Of a stretch of 64,000 bases of DNA, positions 1-12,232 are shown in pieces. The position numbers and the translations under genes are program-made. Within the stretch, counting starts at the first letter, position 1. Every line of letters starts with the position of its first letter. Source of the DNA: Paraphysomonas bandaiensis (lineage: Eukaryota; Protista; Chrysophyceae); NCBI GenBank assembly GCA_965644295.1, contig CBFFRP010000322.1:1-64000 (forward strand), read 5' to 3'. The notes beneath the pieces are model-generated. The model worked only from the letters and a program-made list of their open reading frames with translations. It was not told the origin of the DNA and ran no database searches.

Positions 1-2
1 TG

Positions 3-2120
3 TATCCATCCGGCAACGCAAACGGGAGTTGGATATTTTTAAACCTTAAAACAAATAAATATGTGAGTAGGACCAACTGGGTGAAGATGGTGACCACGCA
101 AATAGTAATAGACGCCGTGAACAGAATATCGTCATTGCACAACAAGTCACACTCACCTGTCACGACCAGCGAGAATGAGAGTCGAGAGATCGAGGATACC
201 ACGCCACCAGCTGAGAATGACAAGATCGATAAGCCGAAGGAGCCTCACGAGGAGGGGCAGATGACAGCCATTGACACAGACGAAGGGCACGGCCACACAG
301 AAGAGAGAGAGAGAACAAAAATCACGGAACTAGTCGACGATGATGGCGACAGGGCTGATGGGCCGAGCGAACAGGAACCGGGCGCTGCAACACCCAACGA
401 CATCGACGATCCGGAAATTACAGGGGTGGAAACTACAGGGATGACACACAATACAAGCGAAGTACTATCATCACCATCAGCCGGAGCAAGGATAGCGGCA
501 GGCACAAGAAGAAAGCCCGTAATGTATCGAGCCTATCACACAAGCGTAACCAAAGGCTTAAAGGAACACGGCAAAGAAGCCTACCTGGCGATAGTACGGG
601 AGCTGAAGCAGCTGCTGCATGAAAAAAAGGCGATAGTTCCAGTACACCGGAGTGACCTATCAAAGACTCAACTCAAACGAACAATTCGATCGCTGATGTT
701 TTTGAAGACGAAATACGACGGACTCGGAAGGTTCGAGAAAATCAAGGCGAGGCTGGTTGCGAACGGGGCACAGCAGGATCGGAAACTGTACCCAGACACG
801 TCGTCACCCACTGTGGACATACAGTCAGTATTTGCATGCCTAGCAATAGCAGCGAGAGAGGGGAGACATGTATCGACAATTGATATAGGTGGTGCATACC
901 TCAATGCGGAGATGTCAGGCGAAGAGGTAATAATGGAATTGGAGCCGATGTTGGCCACAATACTCAGAAAACTAGACCCCACAATCCAGCCGTATGTTGA
1001 TGAAAGAGGCAAAATATTGGTGCGCCTAGACAAAGCGTTATATGGATGCGTGCAGAGCGCCAAGCTCTGGTACAACACGATAAGAGCTTACCTGGAGAGC
1101 ATTGGTTTCGTGGCTAACCCGGTGGATCAGTGTGTTCTCAATAGGACTGTCAACGGCAAGCAGTGCACTATAACACTACACGTGGACGATCTGCTAGTGC
1201 TATCACAAGACAAGCGTGACACCGAGTGGTTGGTGGAACAACTAAAGAAACAATATGGTGAGGTAAAATACTGTGATGACAAAGACATGTCGTATTTAGG
1301 TATGCATGTGAGCATGATAGATGACAGGGCAGTGGTGTCAATGAGGGCTTACCTAGACGGAGTGCTGGAGGAGGCAGCGGTCACTGGCAGAGCAGCATCT
1401 CCAGCGACATCATCACTGTTCACAGAGGGCGCAGGACAGAAATTGGGGAGGAAGGAGGCTGCCAATTTCCATTCAGTGGTGGCCAAATTGCTATATCTGT
1501 CAATAAGAGTTAGACCAGACATCCTGCTCAGTATAGCGTACCTCACAACAAGAGTGAAGGGTCCGACTATCGGAGATCAGCAGAAGTTGAATCGAGTGCT
1601 GAAATACCTTGAGCACACAAGGGATCAAGATCTGCAGCTGAAGATTGGAGAGCAGCTGCGGGTAAGAAGCTTCATCGACGCTTCGTTCGCCACCCACGAA
1701 GACGGAAAAGGGCATACAGGCGTAGTTGTACAGCTTGGAGGGGCCACAGTACTATGCCGATCAACTAAGCAACGAATCGTGACGAAAGACTCGACCGAAT
1801 CCGAGCTGGTCGGCCTATCTGATATGATGTCTAATGCAATGAGATTACATGAGTTTGTGTGTGGGCAGGGCTATGCGCTTGACCCACCTGTTATTTATCA
1901 GGACAACTTGTCGAATCTCAGTCTCGTAACGAAAGGAGGAGGCAAATACCGATCGAAATATCTACGAGTAAGGCAGGCTTTAGTCGAAGGACACCATGAT
2001 AGGGGAGACGTGAAGCTTCAGTACTTACCTACAGGAGAGATGTTGGCTGATGTGCTGACTAAACCCCTGCAAGGAAGATTGTTTCGTCATTTGATGTGTC
2101 GTATCGTCGGAGAAGCATAG
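3..2120 (+). CDS. copia polyprotein, partial: post-integrase linker, reverse transcriptase, RNase H
   Basis: RT motifs KIKARLVANG, DIGGAYLNA, LDKALYGCVQSAKLW and LHVDD. RNase H motifs FIDASFA, STESELVG, YQDN and MLADVLTKPL. RT-RH at the C-terminus is the copia order. The frame is open from the window start. Confidence 0.95.
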   Translation, partial: YPSGNANGSWIFLNLKTNKYVSRTNWVKMVTTQIVIDAVNRISSLHNKSHSPVTTSENESREIEDTTPPAENDKIDKPKEPHEEGQMTAIDTDEGHGHTEERERTKITELVDDDGDRADGPSEQEPGAATPNDIDDPEITGVETTGMTHNTSEVLSSPSAGARIAAGTRRKPVMYRAYHTSVTKGLKEHGKEAYLAIVRELKQLLHEKKAIVPVHRSDLSKTQLKRTIRSLMFLKTKYDGLGRFEKIKARLVANGAQQDRKLYPDTSSPTVDIQSVFACLAIAAREGRHVSTIDIGGAYLNAEMSGEEVIMELEPMLATILRKLDPTIQPYVDERGKILVRLDKALYGCVQSAKLWYNTIRAYLESIGFVANPVDQCVLNRTVNGKQCTITLHVDDLLVLSQDKRDTEWLVEQLKKQYGEVKYCDDKDMSYLGMHVSMIDDRAVVSMRAYLDGVLEEAAVTGRAASPATSSLFTEGAGQKLGRKEAANFHSVVAKLLYLSIRVRPDILLSIAYLTTRVKGPTIGDQQKLNRVLKYLEHTRDQDLQLKIGEQLRVRSFIDASFATHEDGKGHTGVVVQLGGATVLCRSTKQRIVTKDSTESELVGLSDMMSNAMRLHEFVCGQGYALDPPVIYQDNLSNLSLVTKGGGKYRSKYLRVRQALVEGHHDRGDVKLQYLPTGEMLADVLTKPLQGRLFRHLMCRIVGEA

Positions 2121-2134
2121 ACACATCACAGGGG

Positions 2135-2425
2135 TGCGTAGAGGAATGAGAGGATGTTCTTTTCAGTTTAGTACTTGAAGTGACTGTATAAGATATGCAT
2201 AGGGCACATAGAGGTGTATGGTGTTATATTATGCAGTGTGTAGTGTACGGCTGTAGAATAGAGGCATAATTTCCTCTTACTGAGAAGTTCTGTAGTAACT
2301 ATAAAGAGAACCTTGCTTTGACTACCTGTAGTGTAGACTGTGTGAAAGCAACGGGGGTATTCCGTCCGTTTATTGATTTGTGACATCCGTAACATTCGAC
2401 CGAGTACCGTATTTTTCTCTGCGCA
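2135..2425 (+). repeat. 3' LTR of the copia element (~291 bp)
   Basis: Starts TG just after the PPT, ends CA, has a 9-bp terminal inverted repeat with 1 mismatch and abuts (TACA)n. Confidence 0.75.
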
Positions 2426-2624
2426 TACATACATACATACATACATACATACATACATACATACATACATACATACATACATACATACATACCTACATAC
2501 ATACATACCTACATACCTACATACCTACATACCTACATACATACATACATACATACATACATACATACATACATACATACATACATACATACATACATAC
2601 ATACATACATACATACATACATAC
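2426..2624. repeat. (TACA)n microsatellite with a few TACC variants
   Basis: Direct reading of the sequence. Confidence 0.99.
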
Positions 2625-2694
2625 TCTAGTAGTTATATCTGTATGTTTCATCTTAAAGTTGATTTCATTGCACCGTCTCTTCAGTTCCCTACTA

Positions 2695-4869
2695 ATGTTT
2701 CGTTTTCTTATCCCTCCCGCTGTAATACTTTTAAGTAAAACATATATCTTCTCTAGCTTTGGCTCAGGAGAGTATGACTCAGCCTTCCTCACATCCACTG
2801 TGTTTATATTAATCACAGCCATAGCAGCCGCATGTGTGGATGCACAGATACTATTAAAAATGTTTGGTGGAGACAGTACACTAGGGTCAATGTTTACTTC
2901 TAAACGTGATATGTTTGTGATGGTTAACTGGCTGTGCTCTGCTATAGTGTTGTTTGCTCTGCCGTATGTTATGTCTCATCGACCTCATATCTCTGTTGCG
3001 GTAGAAGAAGGAGGGAAGTATGTTCTTTCTCCTGGAACAAAGGCTGCAATTATTCTTGGGTTTTCTTCTATCAGTTATTTGATGGGATATTTCGGAATTT
3101 TACTCGAAATGAAACGTCAAGATGCCAGGAAGAATAACGCATATATTGGTACCTGGAAACAGTTCGTCCCGCCATTGTTTTACATTGGCATCACCGTGTT
3201 TGCTTTTCGTGCCCATTCTACGATTGCAGCATTGATCGCAACAGTTTTTTTTGCCGTATACTTGGTTAATGTCATTACTTGTCAGTCACTGGCTGTTCCT
3301 GTAAAGGAGGCATCACCTGTTGAAGTCGATAAGGACATTTCTTGTCGCCCCACCAACGCCTCTGCGATGGCCAAACCATGTGATACAAGTGAGGGTGGAA
3401 CTGCTGATGCTCGACTGTATAAGTTGTATTCTTCTCCCGCTGGAAACGAGACTAAGCAGTGGCTTAGGCAGATCGGCTACGATCTAACGGTATATATTCT
3501 ACCGATGACCGCTATCCCACTTGCCCTACCTATACTCCAAGTTCCTATGACCATTCTGTGTGTCATATTGACCATTTGGAAACCAATATACGAATATATT
3601 GCTAAGTCTATCTTTCTTCGCTCCTCTCCTCCGCAGGAGCCCCATAGGGTGGCTGACAGGAAGAAAACGTATCCCGCAGGGTCAGAGTTCCCGAAGGGCT
3701 GGTTCCGCATCCTTGATTCAGATGACCTCCCTAGGTCCCGTGTAAAATATGTTCAGGCGGTGGGCCGGGATCTGGCTGTATTCCGGGGCGACGATGGGAT
3801 AGTACGCTGTCTGGATGCTTATTGCATTCATTTGGGTACGACGTTCCTTACACGCACACCTTGAGTTCATATTATATTGTATGTAGGAGCGAATATGGCC
3901 GTGGGTGGAGAAGTTGTTGGAAACTGTTTACAGTGCCCCTTTCATAAATGGACCTTTGCTGGTGACGGAGCATGCTCTTCTATCCCGTACCAGCCTAAAG
4001 TACCGTCCACTGCTCGCACCCGAGCGTACTATGTAACAGAATTTTACGGCATAATTTGTGTGTGGATCGGACACGATGGGGACGCCATCACTTCTGAAGG
4101 TAATGTGAGAGTACCGCAGAGTATTCCTCCTGATTACTTTCCCCCGGCTCTGGAGAAGATTGATTCTGGGTCGATGGTTTTACGCGGTTCTACTCGTTTG
4201 ACTGTCAATATGCATCTACAAGAGGTGAGAAGCCGTTTTATTTTTGCAACGTAAATAATTTGCGTGGTGCAGTTTGCAGAGAACAGTACGGACTTTGCTC
4301 ACTTTATGCCGCTTCATGGGACAATGTGTTTTCCTTTCACTCTCAAGGAGCTACCGATGAAGTTGGTGACAATTAACCACATTCCAGACTGGAAGGAGGG
4401 CACGGGGGACGAGGCGCATATGGCGTGGTTCTTTGACAAGGCAGACCTCAATATATTTGGAAAACATCGACCGGAGACAGGGGCTATGGCGGTGATTTCA
4501 TTTATAGGACCGGGGGGAGTCGTGTACTTTACGTTTGATACGCCGATAGGGAGCCTCGTGCTGTTTCAGACCAATACTCCTATTGCGGATGGCATGAAGC
4601 TGGAGGTCGCCTTCAGGTGGTATGCGGATGCGACTATGCCCCGTTTTCTTGTCTGGTACATTGTTGGCAACTGGATTGCACAGTATCAGAATGATATTAT
4701 GGTATGGGAGAATAAGAAATTTCTCAAGAATCCGCTGCTGGTGAAGGGAGATGGCCCGATGAACAAGCAGCGTCGCTGGTTCAAGCAGTTTTATGAGCGA
4801 CAGAAACCTGTCCCTCCTAAAGGTTCAACTGCAACATCTGCATGTGATGCGGAACGGCACGATTGGTAA
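2695..4869 (+). CDS. nvd: Rieske non-heme iron oxygenase, Neverland/DAF-36 cholesterol 7-desaturase family, with a polytopic membrane N-terminus; introns 3836-3886 and 4225-4272
   Basis: Rieske motif DAYCIHLG...CPFHKW, mononuclear Fe motif ENSTDFAHFMPLH and C-terminal DIMVWENKKFLKNPLLVKGDGPMNKQRRWFKQFY, typical of Nvd/DAF-36. Both GT-AG introns restore the frame. The start ATG at 2695 is inferred. Confidence 0.88.
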
Positions 4870-5384
4870 ATGCAAGACCCGTACTTTCTGGTCATTAATC
4901 AGACCACGTCGGAGCGAATTATGTTAATGCTGCGCATCTGGATATTGGGCGTGAAATGTTAGACTGTTGCGCTAGCATACCCAGTTGGCAGTGTTGTTGC
5001 GCCATTTTGTCTACGTAAACGGCACAATATCATACTAGTGACGTAGTATTATTGGTAATAAAATGCCCATTGTGTAGTTGAGAAATACTCTTGCCCCACC
5101 ATTCGCAGCAGCTGCTGTAGATAATCACGGCAACTTATGTTTAGCTTTGACATACAGAAAACGTATAGGGATTCTTGACTTCTAGACTATTGTTACACAT
5201 ATTCACCAGCGCCACTTTTGTACAAATGCATCATTAAAACTTAAAACAAGTATAATTACAAAAATGACATGTATACTAGAGATTTTTGAAGTAGTATTGT
5301 CCGTCAGAGAAGTATAAGTGGTCACTTAATGGTCAAAAAATACATTCCTGTCTTAGTTATAATACTTACAAATACACAGCGCAA

Positions 5385-6569
5385 CTATGGCGCATTAAAT
5401 TCTGTGCTACTGTCATGGTCTTTGCTTTCATCCTTATCATCGCTAGGCCAGTGGTCGAAATTATTATCGTCTACAACATAATTGTTCGGGTTCGATTCTA
5501 TCAGTACTTGCCTAGCTTTTTTTCTGTAATTTAAATACAGGCCAAGCAGTTCTGAAAACATATTGAACGTGGATACCCCGAGCAGAATCTTCGCGTATAT
5601 TGTGCTCAAGTCAGAAACAGCTATACACACTCCACAAACACCCATAAATATAGTTTCATAGCAAATTAACTTCATCATTGAGTACGATAATATAACCTCT
5701 GAATCCGGATCAAGAAGCCGAAGTTCATCCTCCAACAAAACAAACGCTCGCGATCCATTGACACCCAAACAGAACATGAAATTCATTACCTTCCATAAAT
5801 TATCATATTCATCTTTATTTTCTATCCACTCCAGTAACTCGAACTCGACACAGTACACAAAACGAAGGTAGATTTCGCACAACCACACTATTCCCCTCAG
5901 TATGCAGAATTTGAATTCTCCTTTAGGTGATACATGGTGAAAGATAAGTGCGATGAAGAGCTCGGGTATGAGAAGTGAAGGGTAAGTAAACACCAGAGTA
6001 GCCAGAATCCATGCTGCTAACAGCGATAGAAGATAACAGACTAATATATAACTCCATAACGCAATAGTTGATATAATGAACAAAGTACAAAGAGAGGAAT
6101 TAACCACAGTCATCACTAAATGGTCCCATACCCATTCAATGAAATACGTGAGCCTGACAACGCTAAAATAGAACCACTCATCATAGTCTATCTCTCTTTT
6201 AGTTGTCCATCCTAAATGGTCGCGAGTTAGAATAAAAGACGACCAGAAGCGCTTGTACAATTGACCCAACCTCACATGCTCATCATAAATATCAGTGTAA
6301 ATCCAATATCGACAGCTCGCTCGAATCGTACATATAAAAACTATAAAGAAACACCCCACACAAAAAAATATATGCCCAATAATAAGCTGCACTTGAATCC
6401 CTTGTGACTGGACCCTCAAGAACACCAACCATGCCACCAGACCCATACCCACACACCCTGTAAGGTTTAAGATATATTTATAGTTGCGTCGTATGTATGC
6501 TGTGACTACAATCAGTAGTCCCATAATCTGCTCTATGCACCATACGGAGAGCTCACTGATAGAGGACAT
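5385..6569 (-). CDS. intronless polytopic membrane protein, unknown function
   Basis: 394-aa ORF with several hydrophobic segments and an acidic tail; no family motif recognised. Confidence 0.65.
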   Translation of the reverse strand: MSSISELSVWCIEQIMGLLIVVTAYIRRNYKYILNLTGCVGMGLVAWLVFLRVQSQGIQVQLIIGHIFFCVGCFFIVFICTIRASCRYWIYTDIYDEHVRLGQLYKRFWSSFILTRDHLGWTTKREIDYDEWFYFSVVRLTYFIEWVWDHLVMTVVNSSLCTLFIISTIALWSYILVCYLLSLLAAWILATLVFTYPSLLIPELFIALIFHHVSPKGEFKFCILRGIVWLCEIYLRFVYCVEFELLEWIENKDEYDNLWKVMNFMFCLGVNGSRAFVLLEDELRLLDPDSEVILSYSMMKLICYETIFMGVCGVCIAVSDLSTIYAKILLGVSTFNMFSELLGLYLNYRKKARQVLIESNPNNYVVDDNNFDHWPSDDKDESKDHDSSTEFNAP

Positions 6570-6865
6570 GCTGTGTTACAGGCAGACAGAACAAGAGGGC
6601 AACATCGGCTATGATGATAGAGGAGTAGGTAGTACCATATGGCTGAGTAAGCACACCGCCTTTAGACTAGGATAGCCATACACGTATATGAATATGTGGA
6701 CAGTATATATACACGTACATGCGATGTGATGTGATGGTTACAGTCTATGTACAGTCACACCTGGAACAGCTGCATATACTCTGTGTGTATACATGGTCCC
6801 TTACACACGAGGTAACGTATTCTATTGTATTCCGGTACGTATACTGCAGCAGTTTTTCAAGTCGT

Positions 6866-7028
6866 TATCTCTACACAGTATCCCATACTATAATATCTCT
6901 ACACAGTATCCCATACTATAATATCTCTACACAGTATCCCATACTATAATATCTCTACACAGTATCCCATACTATAATATCTCTACACAGTATCCCATAC
7001 TATAATATCTCTACACAGTATCCCATAC
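6866..7028. repeat. 28-bp minisatellite (tatctctacacagtatcccatactataa), about 6 copies
   Basis: Near-perfect tandem copies between two divergent gene starts. Confidence 0.95.
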
Positions 7029-7127
7029 GATAACAGTATCTAATATATCTCTCATAACTGCACCACATTAGCATCTCCCACACATATACCCCATCAAATA
7101 ATTACCCTTACACTTCCTACTCCCTAA

Positions 7128-8317
7128 ATGATGATCTCTAAATCTCTTACCTCTCAAGTTTATCACTGTAGTAAGCATCTGCGGTCTCTGTATGTATTGT
7201 CCCGTCAAAACAGTACTGCAGTCATCACAGGAGGTGCAAGGTAACCCTGTTATCCCCATTAATACCCTTCTATCCCTCTTATCATATATAACTACAGTGG
7301 AATTGGATTAGCGCTTGCAAAGAGTGCCGTGTCTCGTGATTACAATATCGTTCTAGTTGATATTGAGGAGAGTCGTCTTTCAGAGGCTGTAAGCGAGTTG
7401 AAAGTTTCATCCGATCGTATTTTAGCTGTAAAGTGTGATGTGAGTAAAGAGGATGAGATGGCGTCCTTGGCAGATAAGGTGTTTGATCGATTCGGTGAGG
7501 TCCCGTGGTGTAGTCCATCATAATCTTACTTTTGAGTAGGCAGTGTGCAACTTTTATGCAATAATGCTGGGGTTGGAGCTACGAAAATGTCATGGGAACA
7601 CACGAAGTCAGACTGGGACTGGGTACTGGGCGTCAATATGTGGAGCATTATTCATGCGAATCGCTTCTTTATTCCACGGATGCTTAAACAGGTACTCCAC
7701 CGCCAATTGATTTTATCAGTCCATTCAGCTTTGATGCAGGACGTGCGCAGCAGGATATTGAACACGGCATCAGCAGCTGGTTTGATCTCAACCCCTGGTA
7801 GTGTATATGATATCAAGTTTGATAAAGCTTTGACTGTCATATGTTATTACGACATTAGGGATGATCGCTTATAACGTGAGCAAGCATGCTGTTGTTACCA
7901 TGTCGGAGACTTTATATCACGAACTGCGAGATGTAAATGCTCCGGTGAGTGGTTTACAAAATATTTTCCACATTTGAAGTGAGAATGATGCAGATCGATG
8001 TATCAGTATTATGCCCAGCATTTATACCGACAGGGATTGCTGCGTCACACCGAAATCGACCTCCTGCTCTCTCTACTGACTGCGAAGATATGATGGCGTC
8101 AGAGTATAAAGATGCTAACATGAAATATGCTGCTGGTTTAGTAAAAGCTGTGAAGTCAGGCAAAAAATCAGCTGACGAGGTTGCAGAGCATGTATTTGAG
8201 GCCATGGATAAGGGAGACTTTTATATAGTTCCCCATCGTAAGATATTGGGTGCCGTACACCAGCGTTGCAATGATATTGTGAACTTGAAGAGTCCTACAG
8301 TAATGGTTCCAGCATAA
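7128..8317 (+). CDS. short-chain dehydrogenase/reductase (classical SDR), multi-exon
   Basis: Spliced TAVITGGAS|GIG (TGxxxGIG), CNNAGV, NTASAAG, catalytic YNVSK and LCPAFIPT. The basic N-terminal extension may be a targeting peptide. Confidence 0.92.
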
Positions 8318-8921
8318 CTCGAAAGAAAGACACTGTTAAGCGTCATGGTATAATATTTTTGAAATTAATATCATATTAATAGGAATACTTATATCGAGGT
8401 GGCTTGTGTACTAATTAGGTAATTAGTATTGTTTCTGGTAAAAAAACATTGCAAAACTAAATACCAAACGTACAGAATTCTTGAAGTTTTGGGAACCTTT
8501 GCTTTATTTACCAAAATCGTAGAGCAATGAACTCTACGTAGAGCAGGAATTGTGAACAATATACAGCGATAGTATTGTACTTCGTAGCTGTAGCTATAGC
8601 GTTGTCTGGAGTAAAAATGGATGGTGGATTGAGATAGTAAGATGAGCTTCGGATTAGGCCCATGCATAGTGATGCTCAGACACACCCCGTCACATCTTTT
8701 CCTAGTGCTTCTGATTTGTGGTCTAGTAGATACGTATGTCGTATGGCCATACATCCTTAACCATTAACCAATGTTGTAGAGTACTAACATTGTCAGTGGA
8801 ACTTCTATTATACTTTAATAACTAGGTTATTCGTATACATTATAGACCACTACATCGTAACACACAAATATTCTTATAGCGAAAGGAGATTAGTGTAGCC
8901 CAAGAGACGGCGGATCAGCAC

Positions 8922-9870
8922 CTACTCAATATCAGGAAGTGAATTCAAAGTTTCCACCCATGCATTCATCTCGGCTGCACTCTCGGCGCGGCACACTAGT
9001 GGATAAGGCATTGCGTGTACAGTAAATTCGTTGTGAGGGTTTTCACCATCTGTTGTCGTAACAAAGAACGCGTTCAACTTGACAACACCCTTTGGGGCGG
9101 CTCCATTGACGAATGCCTGCTCATTCTCGTAATACTTGATGTCATCTTGCAAAACAGCGTATCGCTTCTTCCAATTGCCAGAGGCACCTGATTTGTTACC
9201 ACCAAGCTTCTCCAAATAACCAGCTTTCAGTACTATGCCTGGCTTTACGCGGGCTGTGATATCAATATTACGGCCGCGGTTGGGGATCCTAGAATTGCAA
9301 TTCGTTAAAATAAGTAAATGCATTAATGAAGACGAGGAAGGCGTTACCTGTCAGCACCTGTGTGGTCATGTACCTGCATAAAGGCATACAGTTGGTTCTG
9401 TACTCCAGGGGTCATAGCCACGTTGTCCAGGAAGTCCTGTAGCCAGTTGTTTAGTGCTATTCTACGACGTTCCTGCTGTTCTGCTGACATTTTCCCAACC
9501 TAATACACTCCATAAACAAGATATACATAACTCTCAGTACATATACAGTACCGATACAGTTTTCGATGGAAACTCAGCTGTTAAGTTTCCAGTATGTTCC
9601 GACACAGCCTGATAAAAGAAACGGAACTCACTGTATCTCTTCCGAACTTCCCAAGATACACCATCCTTCTTCACCTGTTAGTGCATGTGATATATCTCCA
9701 CACACACCTATAGAGAGCATACATACCTCCAATACGAATATAGCTTGACTACCACTGTCAATGTCCTCACATGTTGTTATATTCACTTCTAAGCCGTGCT
9801 GCTTGACAACAGGGGTTGCCAACACAACAGAGGTTGATTTATGCAAGACAGATTTTCTTCCAGCCATCAT
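8922..9870 (-). CDS. PX + PH domain protein (phosphoinositide-binding), 4 exons
   Basis: Spliced PX motifs WEVRKRYSEFRFFY, FPSK and ERRRIALNNWLQ. PH motifs KAGYLEKLGG...NWKKRYAVL...AESAAEMNAWVETL. Confidence 0.88.
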
Positions 9871-10011
9871 TTTGATAGGAGGGATGTATATGTTAATGTG
9901 GAATAAGTATTTTCTAACTTCCTGTCGAACATACACATAATACAACCGAATATATGTACAATATATGTATACAACGACATCCTATTCGAAATACCTTCCT
10001 ACACACCTGTT

Positions 10012-10255
10012 CATACATACATACATACATACATACATACATACATACATACATACATACATACATACATACATACATACATACATACATACATACATAC
10101 ATACATACATACATACATACATACATACATACATACATACATACATACATACATACATACATACATACATACATACATACATACATACATACATACATAC
10201 ATACATACATACATACATACATACATACATACATACATACATACATACATACATA
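10012..10255. repeat. (CATA)n microsatellite
   Basis: Perfect tetranucleotide array. Confidence 0.99.
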
Positions 10256-11533
10256 GTTTTCGTTCCACTCTCTGCTGTTTCATGGTGTTGTTGTGATATG
10301 AGTATATGGATGACACAGTAACAATGCAAGAATATCACTCATTCTAGACAGCAACTGGCACATCTTCTTGCTACATTCAGGAGTAGTCCATGTGTAATAA
10401 GTTAGTATTACAATCCGTGAAAAGAAGAAATAGCCCATAAAAACACAACCAGTTATTCCATCTGAATACCCTGGAACTATTAGTGAAATCAAGCACACAC
10501 ACCCCTATATATAGTGATGACTACATATACTACTCCGGAATGGTCTGCTACAGGGCTAATGAACAATATATGCAATACTATTGTTAGGTAGCGTTCTATT
10601 GCAAGCCATTTTTAACAGCTAATCATTACTATTGCAAAATTGACAGTACATTAGTATCATGAATCAGCAAATTAATACTTGCGTATATTTTATTTTGAAT
10701 ACTATTTAGGTGAGAACCAAACCTATTACATAGGTAAGTTTCCTGCTGTTTGGCTAATCACATATTTCCTCCTACTCATCCTATGATCTATGATCTATAT
10801 CAGGGACATAATCCATGATGAATCTATATTAATCAACTCTATATTGATACTGTATGCTATAGTATATTAATTGCAATATATTGTGAGGTAGCTTAAAAGT
10901 AACAGTATCAATGTGTCGACCCATTGTGTTCTACAATAAATGCTTCCAAGCCTTAATCTGTCAAATGAAAGCATTCATACTTCATATGTCATATAGTAGA
11001 AATGGCTATATTATTTACATAATTAACTCTAGTCAATTTAAATAAATCAGTGATATAGTTACATATAACATATAGTATCGTAACTCGTAGCAATAAACAA
11101 GATGTAGAAGAAAATACTATTACTGATAGAAAAATACTATTACTATTTAAACCAGCTACTCATAATAGTAGCATATATATTTTTCAGTGTTGTGTGTTTG
11201 AAATAAATACTTTCTCTGTACAAATCGAGTGTGCAATATTGCGGCACATGTACTATTTGTATGTGTACCGTGTATGATGGATTACAATCGCTTGTTTTAA
11301 ATAGTAATATCAGAAGCAGTATATTGCAACTAATTTGTTTAAATGAATGCATCATACGGCAATAGAAGTCATGGCAATGGCCGTTGAAAATATATTTTAA
11401 CATATTGTAGGCAACCACTTGACATTATACACCACACATGATATAAACGAAACATTTCTTTGTGTGTGATATTTGTACTTATGATACACAATTCTAAAAC
11501 ACTTGAATAAAATATTTCATTCGAAGCATGATA

Positions 11534-12232
11534 TCAGAAAGAAACTATAGCAGGTTTCTCTAAATTTTCTGTGTCAGGCTCTCTGGGTCGCTTTCTATTT
11601 AATCTTCTCAGTACTACTACAGTTCGTCCATTATTCGACCCTGACAGCTTTATGTCAACAGATGTCTTAAGCACACTAGCATCATCTAATAAACTTCGAT
11701 ATTTCTCTTGTATATCGGATGTTCTACGAGGTTTAACAAAAGCCACGACCTTAACATGCGGGTTCACCAGAAACATATGTAGCAGCTTATCAATGAGCTC
11801 AGGAATGCCAATAATTTGAGTCACTACATTCACCTCTAACATTATGTCTGTATTCAGGAAGGACTCTTTCTGCAAAGACAACTGACTGTCCTTAAATCTA
11901 CATGTGGGGAAACATGTTATGGCATGGTCGTTAATTTCAGTAGCAATAACATGTGAAGCCCCTGCGCGAATCAAATGTGCAACAAGAAAGCCTGTTCCAC
12001 ACCCAGCCTCCAAAATTCTTTGGTTTCTGATATTGTCTATGCCAATTGCATTAAGAAGTTTTACAACTGAGCTAGGTCTCATATAATGCGTCGCCCCAAT
12101 AGATTGCTTCACCATTGCGTTCGCTTTAGCATGAGCTCGTTGCTCATCCACTGCACAATCGAGAGTGTAAGAAGAATTCATCCTCACTCTTCCATGATAA
12201 TGATAAACAAGATGTGCTATTAACGGATACAT
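11534..12232 (-). CDS. class I SAM-dependent methyltransferase-like protein, intronless
   Basis: Motif I ILEAGCGTGFL, post-I VIATEIN and a basic C-terminal RRLNRKRPR. Start codon uncertain (12232 or about 12181). Confidence 0.75.
   Translation of the reverse strand: MYPLIAHLVYHYHGRVRMNSSYTLDCAVDEQRAHAKANAMVKQSIGATHYMRPSSVVKLLNAIGIDNIRNQRILEAGCGTGFLVAHLIRAGASHVIATEINDHAITCFPTCRFKDSQLSLQKESFLNTDIMLEVNVVTQIIGIPELIDKLLHMFLVNPHVKVVAFVKPRRTSDIQEKYRSLLDDASVLKTSVDIKLSGSNNGRTVVVLRRLNRKRPREPDTENLEKPAIVSF

Larger units (their letters stand above)
1..2425 (+). mobile_element. Ty1/copia LTR retrotransposon, 3' portion (pol end, PPT, 3' LTR); 5' part lies outside the window
   Basis: Uninterrupted pol frame to 2120, a purine tract (caggggg-like, about 2129-2134), then an LTR with TG...CA ends and imperfect terminal inverted repeats (TGCGTAGAG / CTCTGCGCA). 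Confidence 0.93.

Noticed and set aside
2168-2822. ORFs made of MYVC/HTYI repeats (also near 9914-10338, 34751-35148, 50162-50536 and 52174-52559)
   Set aside because: Translations of the stop-free (TACA)n microsatellite, not proteins.
6866-7028. Regular 28-bp repeats resembling a CRISPR array
   Set aside because: No spacers, no cas genes and a eukaryotic context; a plain minisatellite.
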